From NCBI GenBank assembly GCA_031371915.1, contig JANMKG010000420.1, positions 1 through 63,887 on the forward strand: a stretch of DNA of 63,887 nucleotides. Reading direction: 5' to 3'. The stretch comes from Chitinophagaceae bacterium (GTDB lineage: Bacteria > Bacteroidota > Bacteroidia > Chitinophagales > Chitinophagaceae). Every line of letters begins with the position of its first letter. Position 1 is the stretch's first letter. The position numbers and the translations under genes are program-made. The notes under the pieces are model-generated. The model did no database searches. It was not told where the DNA came from and saw only the letters and a list, made by a program, of their open reading frames with translations. Shown piece by piece: positions 1-11,595 of this stretch.

Positions 1-1
1 A

Positions 2-1294
2 AGTTATTTTAGTGCATTACAATCTGATAAAGCACAAAATAATTATGCCAGTATAGGGAATACATATCTGGCTATGGCCAATTATTATAATAGCATTGGT
101 AAAAACGATTCTGCACTTTATTATGCCAAATTAGGTTTAGCCATGACCCAGAATACGGGGCGTGTAACTCTCACTATTATGGCTTATAGCACATTAGCCA
201 CTATTTATAAGAGCCAAAAAAATTCAGATAGTGCATTTATGTACCTGCAGCTTGCCACAGCTGCGAAAGACTCTTTGCTGAGCCTGGAAAAAATAAAGCA
301 AATACAGAATATAGGTTTTGATGAACAACTCCGGTTACAGGAATTGGAAAAAGAAAAAATTGAAAGTCATAATAAAATCCGGACTTATACATTGCTGGCA
401 GGACTGGGAGTTTTCCTTGCAATTGGTATGATTCTCTACCGCAACAACCGCCAAAAACAAAAAGCCAATAAAGTTTTGGAAACAACGCTCACCAACTTAA
501 AATCCACACAATCCCAACTCATCCAATCCGAAAAAATGGCCAGCCTTGGTGAGCTTACCGCAGGCATTGCCCATGAAATTCAAAACCCGTTGAATTTCGT
601 TAATAATTTTTCAGAGGTAAATAAAGAATTGATTGAAGAAATGAAAACCGAATTAAAATCGGGTAACAATGATGAGGCAATCTCAATTGCAAATGATATT
701 TCTGAAAATGAAGAAAAAATAATTCATCATGGCAAAAGAGCCGATGCTATTGTAAAAGGTATGCTGCAACACAGCCGCAGTAGCAGTGCGGTAAAAGAAC
801 CAACCGATATCAATAAACTGGCAGATGAATATTTAAGGCTGGCTTACCATGGTTTGCGGGCAAAGGACAAATCATTCAATGCAACCATGAAAACAGATTT
901 TGATGAAAGTATTGGTAAGATCAATATCATTCCGCAGGATATAGGGAGAGTGATTCTTAATTTAATTACCAATGCTTTTTACGTTGTGAATGAAAAGAAG
1001 AATCAGGGTCTTAAAGATTATGAACCAACTGTAACTTTGAAGACTTCAAAAATCCCCCCTGCGGGGGGTGGAGGGGCTGTTATGATTAGTGTTACCGACA
1101 ACGGCAATGGCATTCCTCAAAAAGTACTGGATAAATTATTCCAACCTTTCTTTACTACCAAACCAACGGGGCAGGGTACAGGGTTGGGTCTGTCATTGAG
1201 TTATGATATCGTAAAAGCACATGCAGGAGAATTAAAAGTGAACACAAAAGAAGGGGAGGGGAGTGAGTTTATTATACAATTACCCACTAGTTAA
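2..1294 (+). CDS. Sensor histidine kinase HK1 (TPR-like sensor, TM, HisKA/HATPase); 5' end lies outside the window
   Basis: Frame is open from base 2, upstream of the ATG at 74. TM LLAGLGVFLAIGMILY; H-box AHEIQNPLNFV; N-box NLITNAF; DNGNGI; PFFTTKP; GTGLGL. Confidence 0.9.
   Translation, partial: SYFSALQSDKAQNNYASIGNTYLAMANYYNSIGKNDSALYYAKLGLAMTQNTGRVTLTIMAYSTLATIYKSQKNSDSAFMYLQLATAAKDSLLSLEKIKQIQNIGFDEQLRLQELEKEKIESHNKIRTYTLLAGLGVFLAIGMILYRNNRQKQKANKVLETTLTNLKSTQSQLIQSEKMASLGELTAGIAHEIQNPLNFVNNFSEVNKELIEEMKTELKSGNNDEAISIANDISENEEKIIHHGKRADAIVKGMLQHSRSSSAVKEPTDINKLADEYLRLAYHGLRAKDKSFNATMKTDFDESIGKINIIPQDIGRVILNLITNAFYVVNEKKNQGLKDYEPTVTLKTSKIPPAGGGGAVMISVTDNGNGIPQKVLDKLFQPFFTTKPTGQGTGLGLSLSYDIVKAHAGELKVNTKEGEGSEFIIQLPTS
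1034..1078 (+). repeat. GC-rich palindromic element inside the HK1 coding sequence
   Basis: ACTTTGAAGACTTCAAAAATCCCCCCTGCGGGGGGTGGAGGGGC, translated as KIPPAGGGGA. Closely matches the reverse complement of 21615-21660 in ade (ACTTTGAAGACTCTAAGAACCCCCCAGCGGGGGGCAGGGGGGC). Confidence 0.75.
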
Positions 1295-1303
1295 ATTAAA
1301 CTT

Positions 1304-3809
1304 ATGGAAGAACAGCTAATTGCCACGAGGCCTCTATCGACTGAAATGAAGAAGAAGATTGACGGGCTGAATAACAAAGCGTGGGAGTTACATATTACGC
1401 AGCCCAAACTGGGACTTGAACTAAGCAGTGAAGCCAGGATGCTTTCCGAGGAACATTCCTACCAGGAAGGATTGGCCTATGCTATCAGGAATATGGGGGT
1501 AAGTCATCGTTATCTCTCTGATCTTGAAACGGCCACTACACTTTCCTTCCAGGCTAAGGAGATGTTTTCGGAACAGGGCGATAAAAGCGGGGAAGCGCAA
1601 TCCTATGTTTCCATCGGGGCGCTGTATTATTATATGGGAGATATTGAAAGAAGCCTCGATTTCTTTTTAAAAGGATTGCGTTGCAGTGAGGAAGCCGGAA
1701 ATAGAGAGGCCCGTGCCTATGCCCTGAACGGCGCGGGCTATGTATACGGTGTAATTCTTGAAGACCATGCAAAAGGGCTGGAATTCCTGGAGAAAGCATT
1801 AACACTGAGTAAAGAGATCAAGGCTTCCAGTGACCTTGAACCCCGGATATTGGATTGTATGGCAGAAATATACCTGAATGACGGGCAAATGGAAAAAGCC
1901 TACGATGCCTCCTTCCAGTGCCTGCGGCTTAGTGAACAATCTTCACAAAAAGTAATGAAAGGAGATGCGCTTTTTACAATCGGAAATCTTTTTTTACGAC
2001 AACACCGGCTGAAGGAGTCAGAAGAATATTTTAACCGAAGTCTTTCCAATAGCAGGGAGATAAATTATAAAGTAGGTGAAGCGGACTGCTTATTACACCT
2101 CGGAAAAATTTCATTACAGCAGCAGGATACAGCGAAGGCCAAAACATATTTCGTCGAATCGCTGAAAGTGGCGGAGGATATCAAGGCCAAAGCCATGATC
2201 TACAAAGCACATGAGGCCCTGGCTGGAGTATATGAGAGTGAAAAAGATATCCAGTCATTTGTACAGCATTACAAGCTGTACCATAAATACAAATCTGAAG
2301 TTTTCAAAGATGAACAGGAAAGCAGGCAAAAATACCTGAACATCCAATACGAAATGGAAAGGCTGCAGAAGGAAGCAGAGATCAACCGGTTGACCAACGT
2401 GGTAATGAAGGAAAAGAACGACGAACTGGAAAAGAAAACAGAGGAACTGGAACAATCCTATAACAGTGTTTCGGTGTTAAGCAAGATAGGCCGGGATATC
2501 ACTTCCACGCTGGACCTTGACACAATTCTCAATACAGTGTATGAAAATGTGAATGAACTCATGGATGCTACGGTATTTGGTATCGGTATTTATAAACCGG
2601 AGGAGGAAGCCATCGAATACCGCCTGGCCATTGAACAGGGAAAACGTTTTCAACCTTATGAACGGAAAATGGGTGATAAAACGCAGCTGGCGGTATGGTG
2701 TATTGAAAATAATAAAGAGGTCTTTATTAATGATATTCAGAAGGATTTTTCCAATTACCTGAAGGATATCGATTACACCGTTCCCATCTCAGTCATTTTG
2801 GAGGATGGAAGTACACCCCAGAACCCCCATTCCCTTATCTATCTTCCGCTCCAGGTAAAAGATAAAATTATTGGCCTGATCTCGGTACAATCCTACGAGA
2901 TCGGTGCCTATACCCGTCATCACCTGGATATCCTGAAAACCCTGGCATCTTATACATCGGCCGCTTTATTCAATGCGCAGTCGTATGCATCACTCCAGTC
3001 TGCGCTGAATGAACTTAAAGTGACACAGGAACAGCTGGTCCAATCAGAGAAAATGGCCTCCCTCGGCGAATTAACTGCCGGGATCGCTCATGAAATTCAA
3101 AATCCCTTGAATTTTGTCAATAATTTTTCAGAAGTAAATAAAGAATTGCTGGCGGAATTAAAAGAAGAGATTGTCAAGGGGAATATGGGGGAAGTTACCA
3201 GTATTGCCAATGATGTGATAGCGAATGAAGAAAAGATACTTCACCACGGTAAGAGAGCAGATGCCATAGTAAAAGGAATGCTCCAGCATAGCCGCAGCAG
3301 TAACGGGGTAAGGCAACCTACGAATATCAATACACTGGCCGATGAATACCTGAGGTTGTCCTACCATGGCCTAAGAGCGAAAGACAAATCATTCAATGCA
3401 GCCATGAAAACAGATTTTGATGAAAATATCGGGAGCATTCATATCGTTCCCCAGGATATTGGAAGGGTTCTTCTTAATTTGATCAACAATGCTTTTTATG
3501 CAGCCCCCCCTGCCCCCCGCCGGGGGGTTCTCAGACCCCGGTTATAAACATAACCCGACCGTTTGGGTGAGTACTAAGAAAGTGGGTGATAAGGTATTAA
3601 TAAGTGTAAAAGATAACGGCCCGGGTATCCCTCAAAAAATCCTGGATAAAATATTTCAACCATTTTTTACTACCAAACCAACGGGGCAAGGAACAGGATT
3701 AGGGTTGTCCCTGAGTTATGATATCGTAAAAGCACATGGGGGAGAAATAAAGGTAACTACTAAAGAAAATGAAGGCACGGAATTCATTATCCAATTACCT
3801 GTAAACTAA
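1304..3809 (+). pseudogene. Cytoplasmic TPR-GAF histidine kinase HK2, frameshifted (+1 C) in the HATPase domain
   Basis: ORF 1304..3547 has TPRs, GAF, H-box and N-box and then stops. The G1/F/G2 boxes are in ORF 3489..3809. Removing one C from the C7 run at 3504-3510 gives a continuous [25 protein letters not shown]. May be a real slip or an assembly error. Confidence 0.8.
3503..3535 (-). repeat. GC-rich palindromic element inside HK2 (contains the frameshift)
   Basis: GCCCCCCCTGCCCCCCGCCGGGGGGTTCTCAGA versus the ade copy GCCCCCCTGCCCCCCGCTGGGGGGTTCTTAGA; one extra C here. Confidence 0.8.
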
Positions 3810-3839
3810 CAAGCTAATTACAACCTTTGATTAATACAT

Positions 3840-6170
3840 ATGAACAGATTTAGAAAAATAATAGTTTCCCTGGTTTCCCTGTTGCAGTTCTCAGCTATAG
3901 CAGTGGCGCAGCCCGGTAGTTTAACGGATTCGTTACTGTATTACCTCAACGCCATAAAAGGAAATAAAAAGGAAGACAGTTTGCAGTACAATAATGCTGT
4001 ACGCGTTTTATTGGAAAATAGGAAAGAAGTATGGCTACAAAATGCCAAGGTTAATGAAGCATTGGATCACCTGAAAACAGTAGTAGAGGGAAAGAAATAT
4101 TATAATCTTATTACCACTTTTTTTACAAGCCATTTTGCGCTGGACAACATCCCGGTGGATGCCATTATAAAGTACGGTAAGGAGTTTGTGCAAAAAAACT
4201 ATGGGAAAACTTCCAAATATGGCTCCTATGCATTACTGGGCATTCTGAGGGAAACGAGAATTCCTTATCGCAATGGGAGTCGTATCTATGAAGGAATAGA
4301 ATACTTTAATGGTTTAAAAAATGAATTTTTGGCCCGGAATGATTCTGATGCTATCTCCATTGCCTTTAATGTACTGGCTGGTTTTTACAACCGGCTTGGC
4401 TTGCATGAAAAAGCGGAGTATAATATGCTCAGGTCGATTGAATTCCTTAACGACCGACAGCTCCCCCCTGACTATGAGCCAAGTGAATTTTTATTCGGGA
4501 AAGCGGGAAAGGTAAACCGGTATGCTGTGCTTGGCAGTTATTCAATTGATTGGGGAAAACCCAAAGAAGCAGAAGTGTATCTAAGCGAGGCGATCAGGAA
4601 TTATTTAACCCTTGATTCCCCTTTGCTGGTGCTCGATGGGTTGTTCCTTTTTTTACAAAAGGCCCGGAGCAAGACTTTATTGCAAAGTGACAGCAGCAGT
4701 TATTTTTATAACCAGGCATTCCACTACCTGGAATTGTACAAGGGCATTCCTTCCGAGTATGCACATTATTATATGGAAAGGGCTAATGATTTTTTAGTCC
4801 ATCAACGTTTAGATTCTGCCGAATTTTATATCCTTAAAAGTAAACACATAAAAGATTCTTTACACCTGCCCATCGTAAGTTTTTCGGGTGAATTAATTCC
4901 TTACTATTACTATGCTGCCATTAAGCTGAAACAAAATAACCCGCGGGAAGCGATACAACTACTGCTGGCGGAAGGAAAAGAATTAAGACAGGGCAATACA
5001 AGATTGCAACTCATCAAAAATTTAAAATTGCTGGCAACCGCTTATTCCGCAGCCGGGATGGACGGCGAGGGGTTGAAAACAATGCAGGAATTACTGGCAA
5101 TTAAAGAAAAATTGCAGGAAGAAGAAGCCAATACCAAATCCATCAGTTATGATATTGAAAAGAAAATGCAGGAAAATGATATTAAGATTGCAGTACTCAA
5201 CTCCCAGAATAAAAGTAATAAGAAAGCGAAATACTACCTCTTTGGCATTACTGCCTTGCTGGGTTTGTTTGCCGTTACCCTTGGCTTCCTGATTTTTAAT
5301 AAACAACGATCAAATGCCCGTCTTACCATAAAAAACGATGAAACGACCAGGGCTTTAGAACAACTAAAGCAAACACAGTCACAACTGGTGCAATCAGAAA
5401 AAATGGCCTCCCTGGGTGAACTAACCGCAGGTATCGCCCATGAGATACAAAACCCGTTAAACTTTGTCAATAATTTTTCAGAAGTGAACGCTGAGCTGAT
5501 CGCGGAAATGAAAGAAGCGTTAGCCAGTGGGAACATGGAAGAAGCTAAAACAATAGCCAGTGATATTACGGAGAATGAAAAGAAGATAATCTTTCACGGC
5601 AAACGGGCGGATGCCATCGTAAAAGGGATGTTGCAGCATAGCCGCAACAGCAATGGCGCAAAAGAGTCAACAGATATTAATGCATTAGCGGATGAATACC
5701 TGCGGTTAAGTTATCATGGTTTAAGAGCAAAGGACAAATCCTTTAATGCAACGCTGAAAACTGATTTTGATGAAAGTATTGGTAATATCAATATCATTCC
5801 GCAGGATATTGGAAGGGTTGTATTGAATTTGATCAACAATGCCTTTTACGTGGTGGATGAAAAGAAAAAAGCCGCCCTGCTCACAGAAGGGGGAGCTCCT
5901 TACGAACCAACAGTTTCGGTAAGCACGAAAAAAATAAACGATAAGATCGAAATAAAGGTGAGTGATAACGGTAATGGCATCCCACAAAAAGTATTGGATA
6001 AAATATTTCAACCCTTCTTTACCACCAAGCCTACCGGGGTGGGAACAGGCCTGGGTTTATCGTTGAGTTATGATATTGTAAAAGCACATGGGGGGGAATT
6101 GAAAGTGGAAACGAAGGAAGGAGAAGGATCAACGTTTATTATACTGTTACCAGCTAACAAATCCTCGTAA
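3840..6170 (+). CDS. Sensor histidine kinase HK3 (signal peptide, helical/TPR-like periplasmic sensor, TM, kinase core)
   Basis: Signal peptide ending AIAVA-Q; TM YYLFGITALLGLFAVTLGFLIF; all kinase boxes present. Confidence 0.9.
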   Translation: MNRFRKIIVSLVSLLQFSAIAVAQPGSLTDSLLYYLNAIKGNKKEDSLQYNNAVRVLLENRKEVWLQNAKVNEALDHLKTVVEGKKYYNLITTFFTSHFALDNIPVDAIIKYGKEFVQKNYGKTSKYGSYALLGILRETRIPYRNGSRIYEGIEYFNGLKNEFLARNDSDAISIAFNVLAGFYNRLGLHEKAEYNMLRSIEFLNDRQLPPDYEPSEFLFGKAGKVNRYAVLGSYSIDWGKPKEAEVYLSEAIRNYLTLDSPLLVLDGLFLFLQKARSKTLLQSDSSSYFYNQAFHYLELYKGIPSEYAHYYMERANDFLVHQRLDSAEFYILKSKHIKDSLHLPIVSFSGELIPYYYYAAIKLKQNNPREAIQLLLAEGKELRQGNTRLQLIKNLKLLATAYSAAGMDGEGLKTMQELLAIKEKLQEEEANTKSISYDIEKKMQENDIKIAVLNSQNKSNKKAKYYLFGITALLGLFAVTLGFLIFNKQRSNARLTIKNDETTRALEQLKQTQSQLVQSEKMASLGELTAGIAHEIQNPLNFVNNFSEVNAELIAEMKEALASGNMEEAKTIASDITENEKKIIFHGKRADAIVKGMLQHSRNSNGAKESTDINALADEYLRLSYHGLRAKDKSFNATLKTDFDESIGNINIIPQDIGRVVLNLINNAFYVVDEKKKAALLTEGGAPYEPTVSVSTKKINDKIEIKVSDNGNGIPQKVLDKIFQPFFTTKPTGVGTGLGLSLSYDIVKAHGGELKVETKEGEGSTFIILLPANKSS

Positions 6171-6180
6171 CACAATTTTG

Positions 6181-8199
6181 ATGAAACGAATAGTCATTAT
6201 TGCTACATTATTCTTAAATAGTTTCCTGGCAAATGCCCAGCAGGGAAGCATCAATAATTTAAAATATAAACTATCTGTATCCGCAACTGACACCGAAAAA
6301 ATAGCTACCCTTGATAGCCTTGCGATGAACTACCTGTTCTTTTCAACACGACCTGATAGTGCATTTTATTATATCAACGAATTTGTTAACATCGCCTTTC
6401 GCCTCCGGGATAAAAAATATCTCATACTAAGCTATTCCCGAATGGGGTTTTATTATATACTGACTTCACAGTTAAAAGCTTCGATGGATATTACACTTAA
6501 GGGAATAACCTTATCGGAAGAAAATAATATCACCGATCATTTATCAGCACTATATTATAATCTTGGATGGGTTTATACCAGCCTCGGCAATACAGAAATG
6601 AAAATGAAATATGCCAATATGGCCAGGGCTCAACTAAAAAACAGCAGGGACCCTTTCTTTGACCAGCCAGTACATATATTAGGACAGATAGGCAGCACTT
6701 ACCTGTTTAACCATATGAGTGACTCTGCCTTGTATTACTTGAAAATTGTGGATTCACTTGCCGATAATTCAAAGGAGCTGGCGGCAAAAGATATCTCTCA
6801 ATGGTATCTTGGAATTTACTATTCTAAAATGCAGAACTATGTGCTGGCCGACAGCAATTATTTAAGCTGTATCGGGAGATGTAAAAAAAATAATGACTAT
6901 CGCATATTAAGTGCCTGCTTGTTATCCTACGCGGGGTCATTATCGGACCAGGACCGGGTACCGGAGGCAATAGCTGTCGGACGGGTTGCACTTGAAACCA
7001 ATATTACGATTACGGAAAAAACTCAAACAGCTTATGCAGCAAGGTTTCTCTACACCTGTTTTAATAAGATAGGCAACCGGGATAGTGCATTTTACTATTT
7101 GAAATTAAGTGATAGCCTTGGATCAGCTGTTGTTAATTCTGATATAAGCAGCAAGATACAACAGATCAATTTCGATCAGCAGTTACAGAAAAAAGAAGGT
7201 GAAGCAGATCGTATTCTTCAGCATGAAAAGGACAGGAGGAAAATTATATCCTATGTTTTTATTACAGGCATCTTTTTCCTCCTGTTGACTTCCTTTTTAC
7301 AATGGAGAAATAACAAGCAACGGGAAAAAGCAAACCTGTTGCTACAGCAACAAAAGGAAAAAGTGGAGAGCACATTGTCAGAACTAAAAGCAGCCCAGTC
7401 CCAGCTCATTCAATCAGAGAAAATGGCATCGCTGGGAGAATTGACGGCCGGCATTGCCCATGAAATACAAAATCCATTAAACTTTGTAAACAACTTTAGT
7501 GAAGTAAGCAGTGAATTGATAAGTGAAATGGTGGATGAAGTAGCTAAGGGCAACTACGACGAGGTAAAAGTTATTGCTGATAATGTTAAACAAAACCTGG
7601 ATAAAATAAATCAGCATGGCAAACGGGCCGGTGACATTGTGAAAGGAATGCTGCAGCATTCAAGAAGCAGCCAGGGTGTAAAAGAATCAACAGACATCAA
7701 TTCTTTGTGTGACGAATATTTGCGACTGTCTTATCACGGGCTAAGGGCAAAGGACAAAACTTTCAATGCCATCATGAAAACAGATTTTGACAATAGCATG
7801 GGTACTATCAATGTTATTCCCCAGGATATTGGAAGGGTGATCCTGAATTTAATTACCAATGCGTTTTATGCAGTCGAAGAAAAGAAGAAAGGCCTCCATC
7901 TTCTAAAAGGGGGTGGGGAATACGAACCTTCAGTGTCGGTATCAACTAAAAGACTTGGGTTCCCTTCAGGGGATGGAGGCAAAATCGAAATAAGCGTGGC
8001 TGACAATGGTAATGGCATTCCACTCAAAGTATTGGATAAAATATTTCAACCGTTCTTTACCACCAAACCTACAGGACAGGGAACAGGCCTGGGTTTATCC
8101 TTGAGTTATGATATAGTAAAAGCTCATGGCGGGGAACTGAAGGTGATGACAAAGGAAGGAGAAGGGTCTACCTTTATCATTCAATTGCCGGGTATTTAA
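6181..8199 (+). CDS. Sensor histidine kinase HK4 (TPR-like periplasmic sensor)
   Basis: Signal peptide ending LANA-Q; repeated DSA(F/L)YY helices; TM; all kinase boxes. ATG at 6181 (track starts at TTG 6178). Confidence 0.9.
   Translation: MKRIVIIATLFLNSFLANAQQGSINNLKYKLSVSATDTEKIATLDSLAMNYLFFSTRPDSAFYYINEFVNIAFRLRDKKYLILSYSRMGFYYILTSQLKASMDITLKGITLSEENNITDHLSALYYNLGWVYTSLGNTEMKMKYANMARAQLKNSRDPFFDQPVHILGQIGSTYLFNHMSDSALYYLKIVDSLADNSKELAAKDISQWYLGIYYSKMQNYVLADSNYLSCIGRCKKNNDYRILSACLLSYAGSLSDQDRVPEAIAVGRVALETNITITEKTQTAYAARFLYTCFNKIGNRDSAFYYLKLSDSLGSAVVNSDISSKIQQINFDQQLQKKEGEADRILQHEKDRRKIISYVFITGIFFLLLTSFLQWRNNKQREKANLLLQQQKEKVESTLSELKAAQSQLIQSEKMASLGELTAGIAHEIQNPLNFVNNFSEVSSELISEMVDEVAKGNYDEVKVIADNVKQNLDKINQHGKRAGDIVKGMLQHSRSSQGVKESTDINSLCDEYLRLSYHGLRAKDKTFNAIMKTDFDNSMGTINVIPQDIGRVILNLITNAFYAVEEKKKGLHLLKGGGEYEPSVSVSTKRLGFPSGDGGKIEISVADNGNGIPLKVLDKIFQPFFTTKPTGQGTGLGLSLSYDIVKAHGGELKVMTKEGEGSTFIIQLPGI
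7892..7980. repeat. Inverted pair of GC-rich elements inside HK4
   Basis: GCCTCCATCTTCTAAAAGGGGG and TTCCCTTCAGGGGATGGAGGC; terminal GCCTCCATC/GATGGAGGC are a perfect inverted repeat. Confidence 0.6.
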
Positions 8200-8210
8200 A
8201 AGAATAGAAC

Positions 8211-11200
8211 ATGCAAAAACTATTTTTCTTTATTGTAGCTGGTTGGGCGATTCTGCAGGGGAAAGATGTTTATTCCCAGGAAACCCGGTTCAACAATGTT
8301 TTAAGTAACGTGGGTAATAACTGGGGTGGGATTACAGATATGAAACAGGACCGGCAGGGGTTTATATGGTTCACTACAATAACTAAGGGTTTGCAACGCT
8401 ACGATGGATTGAAGGTGAAATCATATGTAAGTGATCAGCGGAACCCCAATTCAATAGCAAATGGGTTTCTTCTCTGTTTGTCGATCGATACTGTAAATAA
8501 TATCTGGATCGGAACGTTCGGATCCGGCCTGGATAAGTTTGACCCTGTTACCAATACATTTACCCATTTCAAACATAAACCCAATGATGCTTCCAGTTTA
8601 AGTAACGATACTGTTACAGCAATCCTGGAAGACCATTCGGGGAACCTGTGGGTTGGTTCATTTGGTGGACTGGACTTGTGGGATAAGAAGACCGGTAAAT
8701 TCATTCATTACAGGAATAACGAAAAGGACCCGGAAAGCCTGAGTGATAATGTAATCCGAACTATATACGAGGACAAGAAGGGCGTTCTTTGGATTGGTTG
8801 TGGATCATTCTTTAACGGTGGCGGGCCATCCGGACCGGCTGGATTAAATCGCTTTGATAAAAGCACTGGAAAGTTTACCCGTTATATGCACGACCCGGCT
8901 AATCCTACCAGTATTGCTGATAACAGGGTAGGAAGCATATATGAAGACAGTAAAGGAAATTTCTGGATAGGTACTTCTGGTGATGGGCTTCATATAATGG
9001 ACAGGGCCACCGGAAAATTTACCCGGTACTATTTTGATCCGTCAAAACCGGGAAAATTAAGTCTCTCACCTATATCCAGGAAAACTGCATCTGACATCAG
9101 TTTTATTACAGAAGACATTACGGGAGCAATATGGATCGGCACTTTTAATTCAGGAATAAACAGGTACGATCCGGTTAGTCAAAATTTTACCCATTATGGT
9201 CCTGTTTACGAAGGTAACAGGATGGTGTCGGCCAAAGATACAGCCACTGGATTGTCTGATAATTTTACCTGGAAGGCTATTAGTTCAAAAGACGGGATGC
9301 TGTGGATTTGCACCATTAAAGGCAAAATATACAACCTGAATTTATTTAAAACTACTATTCCTTTCTTCCCTATCAAACAGCAGGAGTCAAACTCCCTTTA
9401 CTGCGAAGCAAATGGCAATATACTCTGGATGGCGACAGATGAGGGGTTGTTACGCAGGGACCTTACTACACATAACGAAAAATTATGGATTAATAATCCG
9501 CACGATGACAATAGCCTGAGCAATAATACAATTTATGCTATGCGGGCAGATGCGGAAGGGAAAATATGGCTGGGAACATTGGGTGGAGGACTTGATCAAT
9601 TTGATCCGGTTTCCGGGAAATTTGTTCATTATAAATATGACCCTAAAAACCCGCTTAGTGTAGCCAGCAACCAGTTCAATAGCCTGATCATTGATCATAA
9701 TAAGAATTTATGGGCCGCCACCGACTCGGGTATTTCCAGGATGGATAAGGGCACGGGTCATTTTACTAATTATTATCACAGCGACAAAGACACTACTTCT
9801 TTAACTGAATCCAGTGTTTTATGTATTGCTGAAGACAGCGATCATTATATATGGGCGGGAACAAATACAGGTGCCAGCCGGCTGGATGTTACAACAGGAA
9901 AATGCCGCCGGTACCTGGCAATGTCATCTATAAGAGCCGTCTGCGTTGATTCTAAAGGCACCGTATGGGCTGGCGGGGTACAAGGTCTTTATTACTTTGA
10001 CAAAGCTAAAGACCAGTTTGTGCTGTATGCTGATCAAAATTCCGCGGTAAGTATTAGCGGTGTGTTAGGTATTACCGAAGATGATAGTAAAAATCTTTGG
10101 ATAAGCAGCTCTTCTTCTATTCTAAAAATTAATGCAGGGAGGACGGAATTAAAAAAATATGCGGAAGCGCAGGGAGTACGATACAATAATATGGGATGGG
10201 TTGATAATTTCAAGGCAAAGGACGGCCGGCTATTTTTAGGGCATTGGGAAGGTTATTATGCGTTTTACCCGGACAGGCTGAAAGAGTATAACGTAGCCCC
10301 GCTACTTAATATTACAGGGTTCAAACTTGGCGACAAAGAAATAAAAGCAGGACCGGGTAGTATATTAACTGCCCCGGTGTCGCAAACTGAAGAGATACGA
10401 TTGAATTATAACCAGCATGTTTTTTCCTTCGATTTTCTTGCCTTGGATTATATAACACCCGGCGATGAGAAATATATGTTTATGCTGGAAAATTATGATG
10501 ACACCTGGCATGACATCGGACCTGATCACCGGGCGTTTTTTTTCAATATTCCGCCGGGCAACTACATCTTCCGGGTAAAAGCAGTTAGTGGTGATGGAAC
10601 CTCTGCGGAAAAAAGTATCCGAATAATTATTCGCCCACCCTGGTGGCGTACCTGGTGGGCCTATTCGCTTTATGCACTTTTAGTAATTGCAACCGGCTTT
10701 GGAATATACCGGTTACAAAAACGGCGTATCGTTAATGCTGAGCGGGAGAGAACACAAAAAAGGGAATTGGCGCAGGCAAAAGAAATTGAAAAAGCATACA
10801 ATGAACTCAGGTCAACCCAGGCCCAGCTTATTCAATCTGAAAAAATGGCTTCTTTGGGCGAACTTACTGCAGGGATTGCGCATGAAATTCAGAACCCGTT
10901 GAACTTTGTCAATAATTTTTCAGAAGTGAATGCTGAACTTATTGTCGAAATGAAGCAAGAGCTGGCAAAAGGAAATGTGGAGGAAGCCCAATCAATTGCC
11001 AATGATATAGGCGAGAATGAAAAGAAAATAATTTTTCACGGTAAACGGGCTGATGGAATAGTAAAAGGAATGCTGCAACATAGCCGGAGCAGCAGTAGTG
11101 TAAAAGAGCTGACCAATATCAGTGCTTTGGCTGATGAATATTTACGGTTAGCTTATCATGGTCTTCGGGCAAAAGACAAATCATTCAATGCAACGATGAA

Positions 11201-11585
11201 AACAGATTTTGATGAAGATATTGGCCATATCAATATCATTCCACAGGATATAGGCCGGGTCATTCTTAATTTAATTACCAATGCTTTTTATGTGGTTGAT
11301 GAAAAAAAGAGATCGGGTATTGAAAATTATGAACCCACGGTTTCATTAAGTACCAGAATGGTTAAGGATAAGGTGGAGATCAGGGTTACCGACAATGGGA
11401 ATGGTGTTCCACAAAAAATTTTAGATAAGATATTTCAACCCTTCTTTACTACTAAACCTACCGGGCAGGGAACGGGATTAGGATTATCTTTAAGCTATGA
11501 TATAGTAAAAGCGCACGGGGGAGAACTGAAAGTGGAGACCCGCGAAGGAGAAGGCTCCACTTTTATTATTGTTTTGCCGGTTTAA
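8211..11585 (+). CDS. Sensor histidine kinase HK5 with Reg_prop beta-propellers and a Y_Y_Y domain
   Basis: Many I.ED..G.LW(I/V)GT repeats; KYMFMLENYD...PPGNYIFRVKA; PPWWRTWWAY before the TM; kinase core without a fused receiver or AraC domain. Confidence 0.92.
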   Translation: MQKLFFFIVAGWAILQGKDVYSQETRFNNVLSNVGNNWGGITDMKQDRQGFIWFTTITKGLQRYDGLKVKSYVSDQRNPNSIANGFLLCLSIDTVNNIWIGTFGSGLDKFDPVTNTFTHFKHKPNDASSLSNDTVTAILEDHSGNLWVGSFGGLDLWDKKTGKFIHYRNNEKDPESLSDNVIRTIYEDKKGVLWIGCGSFFNGGGPSGPAGLNRFDKSTGKFTRYMHDPANPTSIADNRVGSIYEDSKGNFWIGTSGDGLHIMDRATGKFTRYYFDPSKPGKLSLSPISRKTASDISFITEDITGAIWIGTFNSGINRYDPVSQNFTHYGPVYEGNRMVSAKDTATGLSDNFTWKAISSKDGMLWICTIKGKIYNLNLFKTTIPFFPIKQQESNSLYCEANGNILWMATDEGLLRRDLTTHNEKLWINNPHDDNSLSNNTIYAMRADAEGKIWLGTLGGGLDQFDPVSGKFVHYKYDPKNPLSVASNQFNSLIIDHNKNLWAATDSGISRMDKGTGHFTNYYHSDKDTTSLTESSVLCIAEDSDHYIWAGTNTGASRLDVTTGKCRRYLAMSSIRAVCVDSKGTVWAGGVQGLYYFDKAKDQFVLYADQNSAVSISGVLGITEDDSKNLWISSSSSILKINAGRTELKKYAEAQGVRYNNMGWVDNFKAKDGRLFLGHWEGYYAFYPDRLKEYNVAPLLNITGFKLGDKEIKAGPGSILTAPVSQTEEIRLNYNQHVFSFDFLALDYITPGDEKYMFMLENYDDTWHDIGPDHRAFFFNIPPGNYIFRVKAVSGDGTSAEKSIRIIIRPPWWRTWWAYSLYALLVIATGFGIYRLQKRRIVNAERERTQKRELAQAKEIEKAYNELRSTQAQLIQSEKMASLGELTAGIAHEIQNPLNFVNNFSEVNAELIVEMKQELAKGNVEEAQSIANDIGENEKKIIFHGKRADGIVKGMLQHSRSSSSVKELTNISALADEYLRLAYHGLRAKDKSFNATMKTDFDEDIGHINIIPQDIGRVILNLITNAFYVVDEKKRSGIENYEPTVSLSTRMVKDKVEIRVTDNGNGVPQKILDKIFQPFFTTKPTGQGTGLGLSLSYDIVKAHGGELKVETREGEGSTFIIVLPV

Positions 11586-11595
11586 TAGGACCTAT

